This document shows, piece by piece, positions 15,083 to 29,087 of a DNA stretch of 64,000 nucleotides. The stretch covers positions 434,001-498,000 of the forward strand of contig JAAOMT010000040.1 of NCBI GenBank assembly GCA_016748015.1, in the 5' to 3' direction. The translations under genes were made by a program, and so were the position numbers. Below the pieces are notes generated by a model. It worked only from the letters and a program-made list of their open reading frames with translations. It was not told where the DNA came from and searched no databases. Numbering within the stretch: position 1 is the stretch's first letter; the number at the start of each line of letters is the position of its first letter. This DNA comes from Geosiphon pyriformis uo1 (lineage: Eukaryota > Fungi > Glomeromycota).

Positions 15083-16591
15083 ATGGATCCTTTTATTTGT
15101 TTCATGAGTATTTTCCTAATAATTTTCGTTAAAATCGATCTAGTAAATTCTTATGGATGGGTTGGTATGTAATGATTTGGGATTTGGGATGTTGAAATGT
15201 TAATATGAGATTAACCCTAAAATTATAAAAGGTCACAAAATTACTGCCGACATTGCGCAACGTTTTTTAACACCGCGTGCTCACACCGCTGTCATTGAGC
15301 TACTTCCTTATGAAGCTGGAGGAAACTTGTCATAGTATTTCTTTTCCAAAATTATTTTGTATTTGTTCTCAATAATAAGTTAATGTGTTATCCAAAGTCT
15401 TTTATTCTGTTAATTGAATGATTTCTTACCACCAAATTATTAAAAATAATCAAGTATTGCTGCGTGGGCTGACACCATTAAAAAAAGACCTGAATACGTT
15501 TTCTCGTCGCGACTTCATTTTTGGAATCCACCCGGTGACAATCCACCAGAAAAATGTGTTAGCGAATGGAAAAAGGGTAGATACGATTTAATTAATGCTA
15601 TCTTTAATTACACCAATCGATTGGATCCAAAATCTGGCTTTGAGTATGAAGAACGTGCCGAAGCTCTGAAATTTTTGGTACATTTCTTGGGTGATTTGCA
15701 TCAGCCGTTACACCGTAGGTTTTTAATGAATATTGTGGATTCCTTTTTCATTAAAAGAAATATATTTTTGACCTCTAATAGCTCCAATTTATTGAATAGT
15801 CACGAGTAGATTAAGAGGAGGTAATGGAGCTGATGGTAAGAATATTGATTCGTTTGATATGAAAGAATGAAAAAGATTCGAGTTAATGGGCTCGCTTTGA
15901 AATATATTCTCAAATTAGCAAAATTCGATAACCATAAGACAACTCTCCACTATGTTTGGGACTCTCTCTTGATCTGTGTATGTTTTTCCTTTTTTTACAT
16001 CTATATTTTGAAATTAATAAATTTTTGATTAATTCTCATGGGTTTTGACAAATATAGAAACAAATATGTAAAATCCTTTTAAATAAAGACGATAATGGCC
16101 GGGATGATCCGACCGAACCAGATCCACCACGTCAGCCACCTCCCAAATGCTCCCGATGCGAATTAAATTCAGAATACGTTGAGAATATAATATCGCTTAT
16201 TTCGACATTGTGGCGTGATGAACATTCGGATTGGATAGAATGCAAGGATTTTAAGACTCCTGACCATCTCAATTTTGATAACTCGACCAGTAACATAATT
16301 AGGATCGATTTTACTAATCTTGGACCTAAGATTCATTTTGGTCCTCCTAGACCAAGACCAATTCCAATTCCAATCCCCATGCCAAAAGTACGAAAAGGAA
16401 TTTGTCCAGATTATTGGGCAATTTATTTGCAACAATTGAATTGTCAAGTGATATGGAAGGATTATGAACTGGAGATAGACTATGGATACGGTGAATTTTA
16501 TGAATCTATAATGAAATCTCAAATTATTGAGAAATTACTAGCGATATCAGGTGTTAGAATGGCGGCGGTACTTAATATTTTGCTAGGATAG
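15083..16591 (+). CDS. Secreted S1/P1 family nuclease (multi-exon)
   Basis: Signal-peptide-like N-terminus, then YGWVGHKITA, AAWAD, LHF, ALKFLVHFLGDLHQPLH, GGN, LHYVWD and C-terminal GVRMAAVLN. Confidence 0.9.
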
Positions 16592-16797
16592 TCATCTTTT
16601 AAATTTGGGAAGTTGACTGTTTACCTTCTTTGACGATTATGAACACAAATTATTCAGCTGTGTGAATAATTGTTGTTTGTCGAATAAACATAATATTAGT
16701 AATAGTTATGGCTTGAAGAACTTCTTAGATCATTTATGCATTATTTATCTATAAATTATAAAACAATAATCATTTTATCCACGTTCAACTTCCCATA

Positions 16798-17485
16798 ATG
16801 TCATTATCACCCCCAGATCTTAAAGACACAAGTCCACCACGCTCTTCCTCTTCTTCCGTTAACACTAACCCTTCTACTAGCGGTAGTGCTGAACACACCC
16901 AAACAGTGCCAGCCCCAGCCACCACATTTGAAAAGTACAAGCGAAAAGATACTAATAAAGGTACTATTGAGAATCTAATTTAGATTCAAGCGACAAGTTT
17001 CCAAATTATTATTTGAAGTGGCCATTTAAACATTTATTTAACCCTATTTTGAACTACGTTACTAGTTGTCGTGAGGTTCAGAGCAATTGGTAATGCGCCC
17101 ATTCTTAGACAAAACTTTTACAAAATCACTGCATCGAATCAGTTCAAAGCTGTGATCCAATTTCTAAGGGGACAACTTGACTATAAAGCTTCTGATCCAT
17201 TAGTAGGTATTTTCTGTAATAGCCGCCTATCTGAAGAATGTCATTGTGTTTTGCAAACCTTTCTCTTTGAGTGGCTAACAGGATTCTCTCCAGTTTTTGT
17301 ATATTAATAGTGCATTCTCACCTGCACCTGATGAAATTGTTGCAAATTTACATAAGGTAAATTTTTTCAGTATGTTTGATCAAAGTTTCTTGCGGCTTTA
17401 TAGTTACTTATACTTTTCATTTCAGTGTTTTAACACAGATGGTCATCTAATAATAAACTATTGTACAACTGCGGCATGGGGCTGA
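16798..17485 (+). CDS. ATG12: Ubiquitin-like autophagy protein Atg12 (4 exons)
   Basis: [28 protein letters not shown] and C-terminal YCTTAAWG; GT-AG introns. Confidence 0.96.
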
Positions 17486-17802
17486 GAGACGTCGAAATAA
17501 TAATTATTGAGCCAGGACTTTTTTTTTAGATAAACTTACAGTTTTTATTGTTCCTTTTAGATATTTTATTTAAAGCCGCCTTTTAATATAGATCTGAGTT
17601 CTTGATAATAGACATTGTTAAAAATATTAGAATTTTGATTCAAAACTTGACTCGTTGCAACTAAGCTGGGGAATTTTAATGAAAATGAAATTACCAAAAA
17701 GTTATTTTGAAGTTTAGATTCCTTCGAAAAGCGAGTATGTAAAAAAATACCGTACGTTCGAAAAATTGAGGCTGTTATTTAATCTCTCAGGCGCACCTTT
17801 AC

Positions 17803-19379
17803 TCAACTTTTTTTTCGAAAATAGCTTCTTGGAGGTAACAAAGGATCAAAATCTTCCAAATCTTTGGATTCATGTTCATTTTTATCGATATCAGTTGACT
17901 CCGTATTGCGATTAGGTATTTCTTCTGTTGGCTCATCAATAGATGAGTGATCATCTACTTGGATTACTTCATTATCAGTTCTATATTCTTTTTCTTCCTC
18001 CACTTCGCCATCATGATTGCTACCAGTTTCTTCCGAAATTTTTGTACTCGAAGGGTTGCCTACTTTCTTGATTTGAGAAAATGATGTTTGACTGGTTTCT
18101 GTCTTCACTGGTAATTCTTCATCATCAATTGCCATCATCTCGAAAGAGGATTCGCTGCCAGATTCCTCATCATTTTCATTTGCGGTTTTTCGCGAAATAC
18201 CTTGTGGGATATTTCCAAATTTAATGTTAAAGTCAAAGGGATGTAAATAAAAGACTATTTTGATACCTTTTTTCTCGATCAATCTCATTAGTTTCTGGGT
18301 TTTTCTTTTCTTTGAATTGAGGAGATCTCGGAACTTTTTGCATTGAGAATTCAAGAGATGATCAGCTTCGGGAGATTTCAAAAAACCAATACATAAAAAA
18401 AGAAACACTCACGTTGACTAATAAGGTAGCTTCACCTGAGAGCTTATCCTCAACCATTTTGTTCATCCTTTGTTCAGTCAAATCGCGTACTTTTTCAAGA
18501 TCAGCGACACGCATCTCAAGTGCTTCACACCTTTTCTTTATTCATTGAAAGCCGTTAGGTATATCTATTTCTTTAGGCAGAGATACCAACAATGAAATTG
18601 CCGGCCTCCCTCAAAGATATGACGCCAAGAACTAATCCCGATACCTGGAGCCGCAGCCGATCACAGATAAAAAAGTCAAGCCAATCGCTCCATAGCTTGA
18701 AACATCTGTATTCAGACACAGATTTTAATTCCAAACCCCCGAGTATCATTGGCAAAGCCTATTGTCTGTGAGGTAAGTAAGGGGTGATTTTTGATTCGAA
18801 TCTGCATATGATTGATTTACCAGCATCGCATCATCCTTGGTATCCTCCATTATCCAGCTCCACTTTAGCTAAAAAGAAAGATACAATGAAAATAAATTTG
18901 TTTACCCAACTCCTTCGGGAGTGATTAAGTTTTTTTTATCAACGCAAATACCGTAATAGTAGAGCTTCCACGAGTGATTTGACATGAAAGCTTAAAATCC
19001 TCAAAACGATCCTTCCCAGACAAAGCCGCCCAAGTAGCTGAAGAGAATTTCGACATTTCCTTAATTCCAACAGGTTTACCTCTTTTTATGTCGGCCACAG
19101 TTGCTATACAGAACCACACCCAAAAGAGTTTTTAACCTATTATTTGAATTAAAACACATGAGTGTTTGGTTTAGCACCCTCACCTTCGCGCTGCCAAAAG
19201 GTATGACAGTCGGTCACCGACACTTCACATACGACTTTTCCCTCGTCTTCACTTTCCAAATCAAGTGCATCTGGAGGATCAATTAACCATTTTGTACGCA
19301 AATAATGTTTGGTAAACTCATCGGATTGGAGGGAATTGACTTGGGTAAAATAAGTGGCTTTGTCAAGGAGTGTCGCCAT
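17803..19379 (-). CDS. XRCC4: XRCC4/Lif1-like NHEJ factor (multi-exon)
   Basis: Beta-rich head (EVSVTDCHTFW, ILGGLELKSV), coiled coil ending FRDLLNSKKRKTQKL (XRCC4-like stalk motif), acidic tail with terminal basic NLS-like run. Confidence 0.7.
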
Positions 19380-20449
19380 GCTGAAGCTCAAAATGTTTCG
19401 TTATTGTTCATATCCGCTTTTATTGAACATGTCATGTGAAACTTGCATATTCATATCAATTTTCACAATGGTAGTTTTCATAAAAAGCTGCTCAATCTAT
19501 GTGTCACGTAAATCATAATTATGACAGGTAATGAATCGATAAAAATTGATTTTACTAAAATTCTTAATTCTTGCAATTCAAATTCTTTAATATATAAAAA
19601 TATCTTAACAATCATGATTATGAATTACATTAATACTGCATAAACAAGCAAAATTTCCAAATTTATAAATTCTTGATTTCAAGTTTTTATTATTAATCTT
19701 ATTTTTATTTTAATAAAAATATATTGAATAACAATATTTATATTAACAAATTAGAATAAATTTTAAATATATTGATCAATTTTTAAAACTATTATAAATA
19801 ATGAATTATTTTAAACAAAATAAACATATCATAAGAATTTTTTTTTTTGGCATTATATACTTGTTTTTAGTATACGTACATTATAATTATTTAAATATAT
19901 AAAATTGAAGTTTTTTTTAATAATATGTTTGCCTTTTATAAAATAATTATAATCTTTATATTTAATTACCTATTTATTGTATTATTAATATAAAATATAA
20001 AAGTTATAGAAAACAAAATATTTTTATTGATTAACTTATTTGTTAAATTTGTTTATTTAAAAATAACTAAATTTATTAAAAAAATAGTTTTTTATTAATT
20101 AAATTTTTTGATTTAAAAAATTTTGTCTTTATTTTATTTACACAAAAAATTGTTTATATATTAAAAATGGTTGGGCTTCACTCGTTAAACATATAATAAT
20201 AAAAAATTATATTAAAAAATTATTTTTTACTTGTTTTATTTAACTATTTAGAATTCAATTAGATATTATTTTAATAATATACCAATTAATTTTTAATAAT
20301 CAAAACTATAATATAATATAATAAACTATAATTCAATAAAAAATTTTACATTATTTATTTATTAAACAAAAATAAATAACTAATATTGTTTTTTTGTTAT
20401 TTATAAATATTATCCACAAAGATTATTTAATTTAATTAAAAATAATAAA

Positions 20450-22550
20450 AAAAAACTTCTTTTTTTCTTATTTCCAAAAATCCTCAAAAAGCACATTTTC
20501 TAAAAAAGAAGTTTTTTTGTTTTTTCTTGTTAGTTTATATCAATATTTTTTTACCTATTAATAACCCATTTTTTGTGAATTTAGAGACTACTACAGATAG
20601 CATTATGTCTAAGAAAAAAATGCCCAAAAGTGCTTTTTATGGTCCTACTGGTGGTTTTTTTCTCAGAAAAAGAAAGTTGTTCTTGGAAATGTCAAGCACT
20701 CTGGTAATAAGAAAGATATCTTCTTAAGTAAATCTGGATCTGATAATAACATATATTCTGATATGGAAAGTCTATCTAGTAATAATAAAAATAGTGAGTT
20801 TCTTTAGAACTCAGCTACTATTATGCCCAAGACTAAGTGAGTTAATACTGGTGCTGTTTTTGGTTCTCTACTCAATTTTTTCAATTTTAGTATGGATGAT
20901 AATAAAGTTGTTTTCCCTCCTTACTTGTCTATCTTTCTAAACAAAAAGTAAATTAACCCAAAAATCATCAAAACTCCAGTAGAAGTATCAATTAAGAAAT
21001 TGTTTATTTTGGATATTAATATCTCAGCTGTAAAAAAAAATCAGCAATGGCAAAAACTCAGTTTATTAAAAAATTATTTTTACCTATTAATAATTTTGGG
21101 GAGGCCACTACTCCCTCAAAGTTTGAAGAAATCATCAAATTTATTTTCACTTCAGAGATTAGCATGAAAAAGACTGTTTTATTGGCCAAAGAGAAAGAGA
21201 TTATCACAAATGTCAATGTCAAGAAACAAAGAATGCTTTCAAATCAGACTGTGATTATCAAAGAAATTTTTATGGACATACCTAAGAAAATAATCATTAC
21301 TGTAGTAATTGAGTTTGGTGAAATTAAGTCGATCAAAATTCAATTAATTAGAATGTGGCAAAAAACTGTAGTAGAATTTGCTGAATTAAGTTAGGCTGAA
21401 TAATTGGCTGCTAAATGGTTTTTTCTGATTGGTAAAAATTTAGTGCATGTGGTTATAACTGTAGGAAATCACAATACCTAAATATCAAGAGATCAGTTCA
21501 GAGCTCTGTTGTTTACTTTGCCTGTAGAAACAACTACTTATAATTTGGGCATTTTTTTGGATAAAATTGGTAATAAACATATATCATTAATTGCTTATTT
21601 AATACTGGCAATCAAATTTACTGTACTGTAATTGGTTTTGAATTTAAGAAAAATCTGGAAGCTGTATATTACATTGAGCTGATATTTGGTAGTGTTAAAC
21701 TTTCTTGGGCTAGGTTGAATTTGGTTTGCTGTAGGAAGTATGAGCATTTTAGTCATTCTGTTTTGGAGTATAACACACCAACTTTGACTATTTCTAAGTT
21801 TTTAAAGACCATTAAAAGAGTTACTTTAAATGGATATTATCTTTAGCTAACAAAATTGTATGCAAAGAAGAGTGTTTCTATTTCCTATTCTGCTGTCTTT
21901 GGTGACAAGTTTTGGGCACAGATAGTTTCATTTGTGTTTTTTTTTGATGGTTTTCATTTCAGTTCTGGTTCTGGATCTGGTTCTTTTTTTTTGGTGTTTT
22001 AAGTAATAAGGGGAGCAATTTGGTTGCTTAAGATGATTCTTCTATTAATTATTATCTGATCTTACTGGAATGTTTCTTAGAGCTTTTGGCTGATCAAGTT
22101 TTGAGTATTGTGAAAAAGCTAAGCTTGGTTAACTTGGTGCCTTTAATTTCTGTCTCTCAATCTTTCTTTTTTGTAGTAATTACATCTTTGAGTTCAGATT
22201 TGGATTCAAATATGGTTTTGGATATTTTGCAGATGCCCCTTATAACTTCTCTCTTGGCTGTAATAAATACATCTTTGATTCTGGATTCAAGTAGTTCAAA
22301 AATTCTTACCACTAAGATGGGCAGTCAGAAATCGAAATTGGTGGCTCTTGAAGCTTCTGTTGATTTTGTTTTGTTGAAATTAGATTATTTGTATGCTGGT
22401 TTAGGTTCTTTGGCACTTTTTTCTTCCCAATAATAGATCTGGTCTGAAAATTTGCTACATATAATATTAGAGGTGTCAATGTCTTTGCCAAGCAAAAAAA
22501 CATTGTTTATTGGCATAAAGAATTAGGGAATATGGTTTCAATTATTACAG
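20450..22550 (+). mobile_element. LINE (family X) 5' part: decayed ORF1 (about 20605-22433) and start of the ORF2 endonuclease
   Basis: RRM-like segments and degenerate CCHC knuckle; then ATYNIRGVN...WHKE...VSIIT (APE N-terminus), interrupted at 22551 by an LTR. Confidence 0.75.
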
Positions 22551-23822
22551 TATTACAGTTTAAGAATTTAATAGGAATTATAAATAATATAAATTAGCCA
22601 ATCATGAAATAGCACAACAACAATTTATAAAAAGAAATAATTTACAAATAACAACAAGCACTATTTTACAATAGCATCAAGCACTATCATGTAATAGCAG
22701 CAAACACTATTTTACAATAGCAGCAAGCACTATTTAGAAATAATGGAAATAGAGTATTACAAGATGTTATTTTGTAAAACAATAATTATATATATATACA
22801 ATAGTTTTTAATAATGAAGAAAGACAAGCTTCAACAAAAAGCAACAAATATCTAAATAAAATCTTATTTAAAAAGAATTAATAAAAAGAATTGAATGAAC
22901 ATTACAATTGCAAGAATTAACAATAGAATTCACATACCCTCTCTAACAAATAAAACTATTATTCTATTTTTAAACCCTTTGGAAGAATAATCCCTAATTA
23001 AGATTATTCATGTGGTTACTAATTAAATTGAAAGAAACTTTATTATATACTTAGAGAAATCACAAAAAGGCCATTAATATTCTGTGTTTTTAGATTAGAG
23101 AAACACATCAGGCAATTGCAAGAATAGTTTCAAAGGAGACCCCAAAACAGTGAGTAGATTTCAGATTAGCCTCTGGGAAGGAGTACAAAACATACAAAGA
23201 CAACTAGAATTAAAAAAAAAACTTACATCACAACATCAAGAGAAAATCTTCAGTACATTATTATTAATATCTAATACATAAAATAGAGGAACTTACAAGA
23301 GACTAATTGCAATTAAAATGGAAAATCAACAATTAAAATATACCAAGAAAACCATCCCATAACATTTGGTGAACTCTATGAGAAAAGAAAATCAAAAAGA
23401 AATAATAATTAGCAATAATTTATTGCTAAAGAAGAAGAAACAAAAGTGGCAACAAAAACGCCTACCCTTACTGTTCTTGAATTCTGCCATGCTATTTACA
23501 CACAAAATCAAAGTAATCTTGGATTACCAAAAGGGTGTTGTCCAGCAGAATTTGCTTTCACTTATTATATCAATGCCAGAATAAATTACCACATAGGAAA
23601 AGAAGAAGAACCACACAATGTGAAACTTGGATTGTATAGAGAATTATCACAATACACTACAAAAAAAGTAGCAGTAATAGCTGCAACTATTGTTAAAATC
23701 CATCGTGAAATTGAGCAATACACCAACAAAAATTTTCCAATATTCACAAAGAACACCAGAGAATACGTCCACAATCCAGAAATTAATCATGAAGAAAATC
23801 AGCAAAAACTAGGAACACCCGC
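22551..23822 (+). mobile_element. Gypsy family C remnant: 5' LTR 22551-23364, PBS, start of gag
   Basis: T(G>A)TTAC...TAACA termini, TTTGGTGAACTC PBS, gag N-terminal domain homologous to families A and B; truncated by a family-B LTR. Confidence 0.75.
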
Positions 23823-26800
23823 TGTTATAGTTGATTATTTGGGGTCTCAAATCAATTAACAAACTTGTAACTTAGTGCTCAAAAGCTATTTCTGTTGAAG
23901 ATGTTCTGAAAGTGTTGTATCTGAAGATTTTAATGGAGTCCTTTGTATAATGGACAGAGATTCAATTGTTGTTTTATCTGTAGCTTTCCAGACTCGCAAG
24001 TCTGTCAATTCTTTTCTCAGCTTGGTGGTCGGCAATCCTCTAGTAAGTAATCCGTATCTTCTGTACATATTCTACCCTTTTGTAAGGGTCTTTTATCAAG
24101 CAATCCTTGATGTCAGTAATCAGTGCTTTCAATCAATTGGTTAGTGCACAATAACAAAATCACCAAAAAATAAAAAAAATCAAGAAATCTAAAGAAATAA
24201 GCCAAGACAATTTGCAGATTAGTATCCCGTCAATAGCCATAATCAAAAGCTATTGTTCCAGCATAATTAAGTATTAATTACTATTAGCATGAAGTGTTGA
24301 TAGTGGAGAGTGGATTGAGATATGAAATAATTATTTATTTGATGATTGTGTTTCTAGGCTAAGGATTCTGTGATATCAATTCTGTTTTTTCTGTTTCTAA
24401 CACTACTGCTATATATACATATTTAAGATTCCTCAATTCCTCAATTTCTTGTGACAGGAATCCTGAAATTCTTAGAATCCTGCGATTCTTGATGAGAGGA
24501 ATTCTGGAATTCTGGAATCTTGTGATTTCTAATGAGAAGAATTCTGGAATTCTGGAATCCTGCAATTCCTCTGAAAGGAATTCTGGAATTCCACATTTAC
24601 TACATCTATCTCTAATTGGCTAATATCTACTGACTACTAATACTATATTTTCCTATATTCTATGAGTAACATTATTCCCTTCTTTTAATATTAAGCTCTA
24701 TTGAAATTTAATTCCTTTAATTCTCCCTTTTGAATTATTTCTTGAACTTCTTTTTCAAGTATTACTTGTGTTATTTGAATTTGTAATTTTTCAAATTGGG
24801 TGTTGATCATTTTTCCCAATTGATTACTCATAACTGTGTCCATTGCTGTGTTGAATAAGATTTCTGGTCAGTCTTGAAATCCCATATATAGCTAGTAAAT
24901 GGCTCAAGCTTGTGTGGTTAGATTGTTTTTTCCCACAAATTGTTCCAGTTGTCTCAGTATTGTTGTGTCAAATAATTGTTTTGTTTTGTTGGTGTACAAA
25001 TTCTGGATATTTACATGTTGTTCCAAGTAAAAATAACAATAGTTTTTCGGAAATTGTTGTATCCACCAAGTTCAAGTTTCTCTAGTAAGGTTTTGGTGTA
25101 ATTCGACTACTTGTTGTTCGTTTATGGCCAATTTTATCTTGGTCATGATCTTGTCAACAACATTTTTAAGTCTTTTCTGTGCTTTGTGTTGTGGTATCTT
25201 TGCCATATTTTTGTAATGAATGGTTTGTTGATTGATTGTAATTTTCATTTCTTGGTGTTGAATCAATTAAAAGAGTTGTTGTACTAGTGAGTGAATTTTG
25301 TCAGTTATTTTCATTTTTCTGGTATCTTTTGTTGTATCGACCATGTTTTTATATACTCTTTTGTTGTTCAATTTTACATGTTTAGTCTAATGATTATAAT
25401 TGGTTCCCAGTCTCATAGAATCTTATCTGGTTGGACTAGTATTCTTTGTACTCTCAGTTGTGGAATGTTATTGGTAGATGCTGATGCTATCTGATGATAT
25501 GGTTTCAGTCGATCACTATGTGCTGCTTTGGCTAAGATTCTGTTGTTCAGTTTTAATTTGTAAGCTCCATTTTTTAGAATTTTTTCTATGTAAAATGGTC
25601 TGTCCCATTTGGGGTTAAATTTTCCACTCCATTGTTTTTCTGTTTTAGTATAATGTAAAAGTACTTTGTTTTCAATCTTGAATTCAACTGGTTTGTCTAG
25701 TAGTTGGTTATCATGCCTCTCTTTTTGTTTTTCTTGTGCCTTTTTAATGTTATTCACTGCTCTTCGTCACTTGTTTTCTAGAGTTTCCATTAAATCATAT
25801 GTTCTTCTTAATAACATTTCCTGAAAATTGTCTACAGTTATTGGTTCTGTTGGATAAGTGTTGACTTTTATCTTGACTGGTAGTGTTGCTGTTCTACCAT
25901 ATACTAATTCAAATGGTGTTGCTTGTGTAGTATCTTGCTTTATTGTCTGATAAGCCAATAGTATGGATGGTATAAACAAATCCCATTCATCCTGGTTTTC
26001 TTGACTAAGTTTTGCTATTGCTTCACACAATGTTCTATTAAATTTTTCAATTAATTCATTGGTTTGTGGATAGTATGGTAATGATAGTGGTCTTTTAATT
26101 CCGAATCTTTGGCTTAGTTCTGCTAATGTTCTATTCACAAAATGGGTTCTTTGGTCTGATAATAGTTCTTTTGAACATCCATGTCGATAAATTAAATCTT
26201 GATGGATGAATTCAGCAATGGATTCTGCATCCACTCTTTGAATTGCTTTCGCCTCTGGCCATTTAGTGAGATAGTCCATAGCTACTGCTATGTATCTGTT
26301 TCTTCTGCTGGTAATTGTCAATGGTCCGACTAAATCAATTCCAATGCAGCCAAATAGTTGTCTCACTTTGATTGGTCTTAATGATTTGCTGGGTCTTGTT
26401 CCTCCTCTTTTTTGACAAACATTACAATTTTGTACATATTGTATGATGTCTGGATACATTGATGGCCAATAGTATCTCTTTCTGGTTCTTTCTATGATTG
26501 CTTTTTTATGAAAATATCCTGCAGTTGGATCTGAGTACATGTTGAACAGTATTGTTTTTTTTTCTGGTTCTGTAATTACTCTGGTTGGTTGATCTGAATC
26601 TTTTTTATTTTTCTAATAAAGTATATTTTGGTGAGTGATAAAATATTTGGATTGTTGTTTGATTTTCTTTTGTTCTAGTTGAGATAATTTCTCCTTGAAT
26701 TGTTGAGTATCTATATAATGTTGAAGTTGTTGATATTTTTGTGTGTTCATCTTTTGTTATATTTTCATGAGTATTGTTTTGGTTTGTTATATTTTTGGGT

Positions 26801-27450
26801 TGAAATGTCCTTAAATTGGTCTCATTCATGATAAACCATCAGCATTTCCGTTGTCTTTTTCTTTTTTATAATGTATTATATAATTATATAGTGCGAGTGC
26901 CATTTTCCATCTTGACTGTCTTCCATCTCCAAATTTTTGTTTTTGGAGTGATATTAATCCTTTGTGATCTGTGTACATCTCAAATTTTTGGCTCAAGTAT
27001 TTTTTCCATTTCATGACTGCCCAGTATATTGCTAAGTGTTTTTGTTCTGGTCTTCCATAGTTCTTTTGGCTGGTGTTAAACCTTTGCTGGCATATGCTAC
27101 TGGATGTTCTCTGCTGTCTGGTCCTCTCTGAGATAGTACTGCTCTTAATGTTTGGCCGGATGCATTAGTAGTGATAATGAATAGTTGGCTGTGATCTGGA
27201 TAGATCAATACTGGAGCTTGGATGAGCTTTTTTTTCAGAATATCAAAAGCTTCTTGTTGACTTTCTGTCCATTCATATTTTGTATTTTTGTTTTGTAGTT
27301 GGTTGAGTGGCTGCACTATCTTGGAGAAGTTCTTGATAAAATGTCGATAGTAGCTGGTGAATCCCAAAAATAATTTCAGTTCTGTTATATTGGTTGGCAC
27401 TGGAAAGTTCTTTACTATCTCTATTTTTTCTGGATCCGTTTTGATGCCAT
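23823..27450 (-). mobile_element. Gypsy family B, 3' half: RT end/RNase H, integrase, 3' ORF, PPT, 3' LTR (23823-24671)
   Basis: PVAYASK, IGIDLVG, LLSDQ, YWP..CxxCQ, GPF-like motif; PPT AAAAGAAGGGAATAA abutting TGTTACTCA; LTR homologous to 42537-43412. Confidence 0.9.
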
Positions 27451-28379
27451 TGTTACCAGAGGTTTTTGGTCTCTTTTTTTAAATGTTAGTAATGTTGATT
27501 TGCTGTGAATTTACGTTTTCAGGAAGTAGTTGAACCTCCAATAACTGAATTTATCTTCAAATTATCTTCTATAATTTGAACTGCTGGGCTTATAAGTAGA
27601 ATAGCCAATTTCTTGCCAGTTACTTTATGTAGTTACATTGTAGTAAACGTCAACTCTTTTCCAGAAATTGCTCGTCTAGAAGCTTACTAAAAATATGTAG
27701 TTACTTTGCTGTGAAAGTCAACTTTTCTACAGGAATCTCGTCTGTAGGCTACCTTAATGATTGTAATAAGAAAAGAAAAAAAATAAAAGAAATGTAAAAG
27801 AAATAGAATTCTGTCAAGAGAAACGTTTTCTATTCAGGCCTGGAGTTGTTAACAGTTTACTGAAATTGGTAGCTAATCAATTTCGAAATGTTAGTTGGGT
27901 TTTGGGGATTTTCCAAGTGCAATAATTAAAAAACTTGGTTTTTCAAATTATTTAATATTTATTTCTTTTTGTGTGTATAGGAATGGTTTTAAGTGATAAA
28001 TCTAAAGTAAGATACATTTTCCAGAAGAGAGAAGCTCTTCTTTTATACAACTTGTTGTAGTACTAGTCTATGAACTTGCACTTTTTCTCTTTGCTCAAAT
28101 TTCAGTGAACTAAAGATACATTTTGATGAACTACAAGTTATTTCACTGAACTATTGATTAATTTGGGTGAACTATTCATAATTTTGGCGAATTTTTGAAT
28201 GTTACAAAGTTCAGGGTATTGTGTAATTTGATCATCCTACTTTCTGTTATACTAATTAGATTATTTTAATTGAATTGTGATATGTGATAATTGATTAAAT
28301 AATAAATGATAATTTGACATGATATTAATATACTAATGAATTATAGGAATTATAAGAGTAATTTCATGCTAATTAATAG

Positions 28380-29087
28380 CTAAAATTTTACTGGTAACAT
28401 AATCTCCTTCTCAAGACTGAGCTCCATCGAAGTCCAAGCACTATCTGTAATATTGAGATAGTGATCTAAAATAATTGAAGTAATCTGGTCTGAAAATTGT
28501 TGAAATTTCAGTTCTGTGAGTTTGCCAATGTATTGAACTTTCATTGGTTGCAGTATTGGATTTTGTAGAACATTTTCACAAGTATTAAACAAGTCATAGA
28601 GTCTAAGAGCTGCTTTAAGTTTATAGTGAGTGTTTGTTGGTCCAGCTGCTGTTTTGAATTCATTGTGGATTTGTTTTTGTATAACTTTAGGAGTGAGATT
28701 TGTTGCTTTAAGTTCCAGTTTTTGTTTATAAAGTGTTTTTCCAATTTGAAAGTATTTATAGATAAAGGTGTGTTCATTGTTCTGTTCATTAAGAAGTAGT
28801 AGAAGTTTTTGTTGTATTATAGCATTTGGTGGAATGTCAATAGGGACAATTAAAAAATTTTTTTCTAGTGCCTGCTTCAAAAGTCTTGATAATCTATTCT
28901 CAGAGTGACTTCTTGTTTTTTTTCTATAGGAGTGATAGTTCTGTAAATAATTTGCTACTGGGGCTGTGGTTTTTTTCTGAATGTAATTAATTTGACTTCC
29001 ATTGATCATTATAGATAAGTTAGGGAGTGTTTTCAAGACTAACATTAATTTTTGAAATATTTGTTGAATATTTCGGGGAATAATCAT
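28380..29087 (-). CDS. Family A extra ORF downstream of integrase (235 aa, unknown function, frame still open)
   Basis: Open frame between integrase and 3' LTR; homologous to the decayed family-B 3' ORFs. Confidence 0.7.
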   Translation of the reverse strand: MIIPRNIQQIFQKLMLVLKTLPNLSIMINGSQINYIQKKTTAPVANYLQNYHSYRKKTRSHSENRLSRLLKQALEKNFLIVPIDIPPNAIIQQKLLLLLNEQNNEHTFIYKYFQIGKTLYKQKLELKATNLTPKVIQKQIHNEFKTAAGPTNTHYKLKAALRLYDLFNTCENVLQNPILQPMKVQYIGKLTELKFQQFSDQITSIILDHYLNITDSAWTSMELSLEKEIMLPVKF

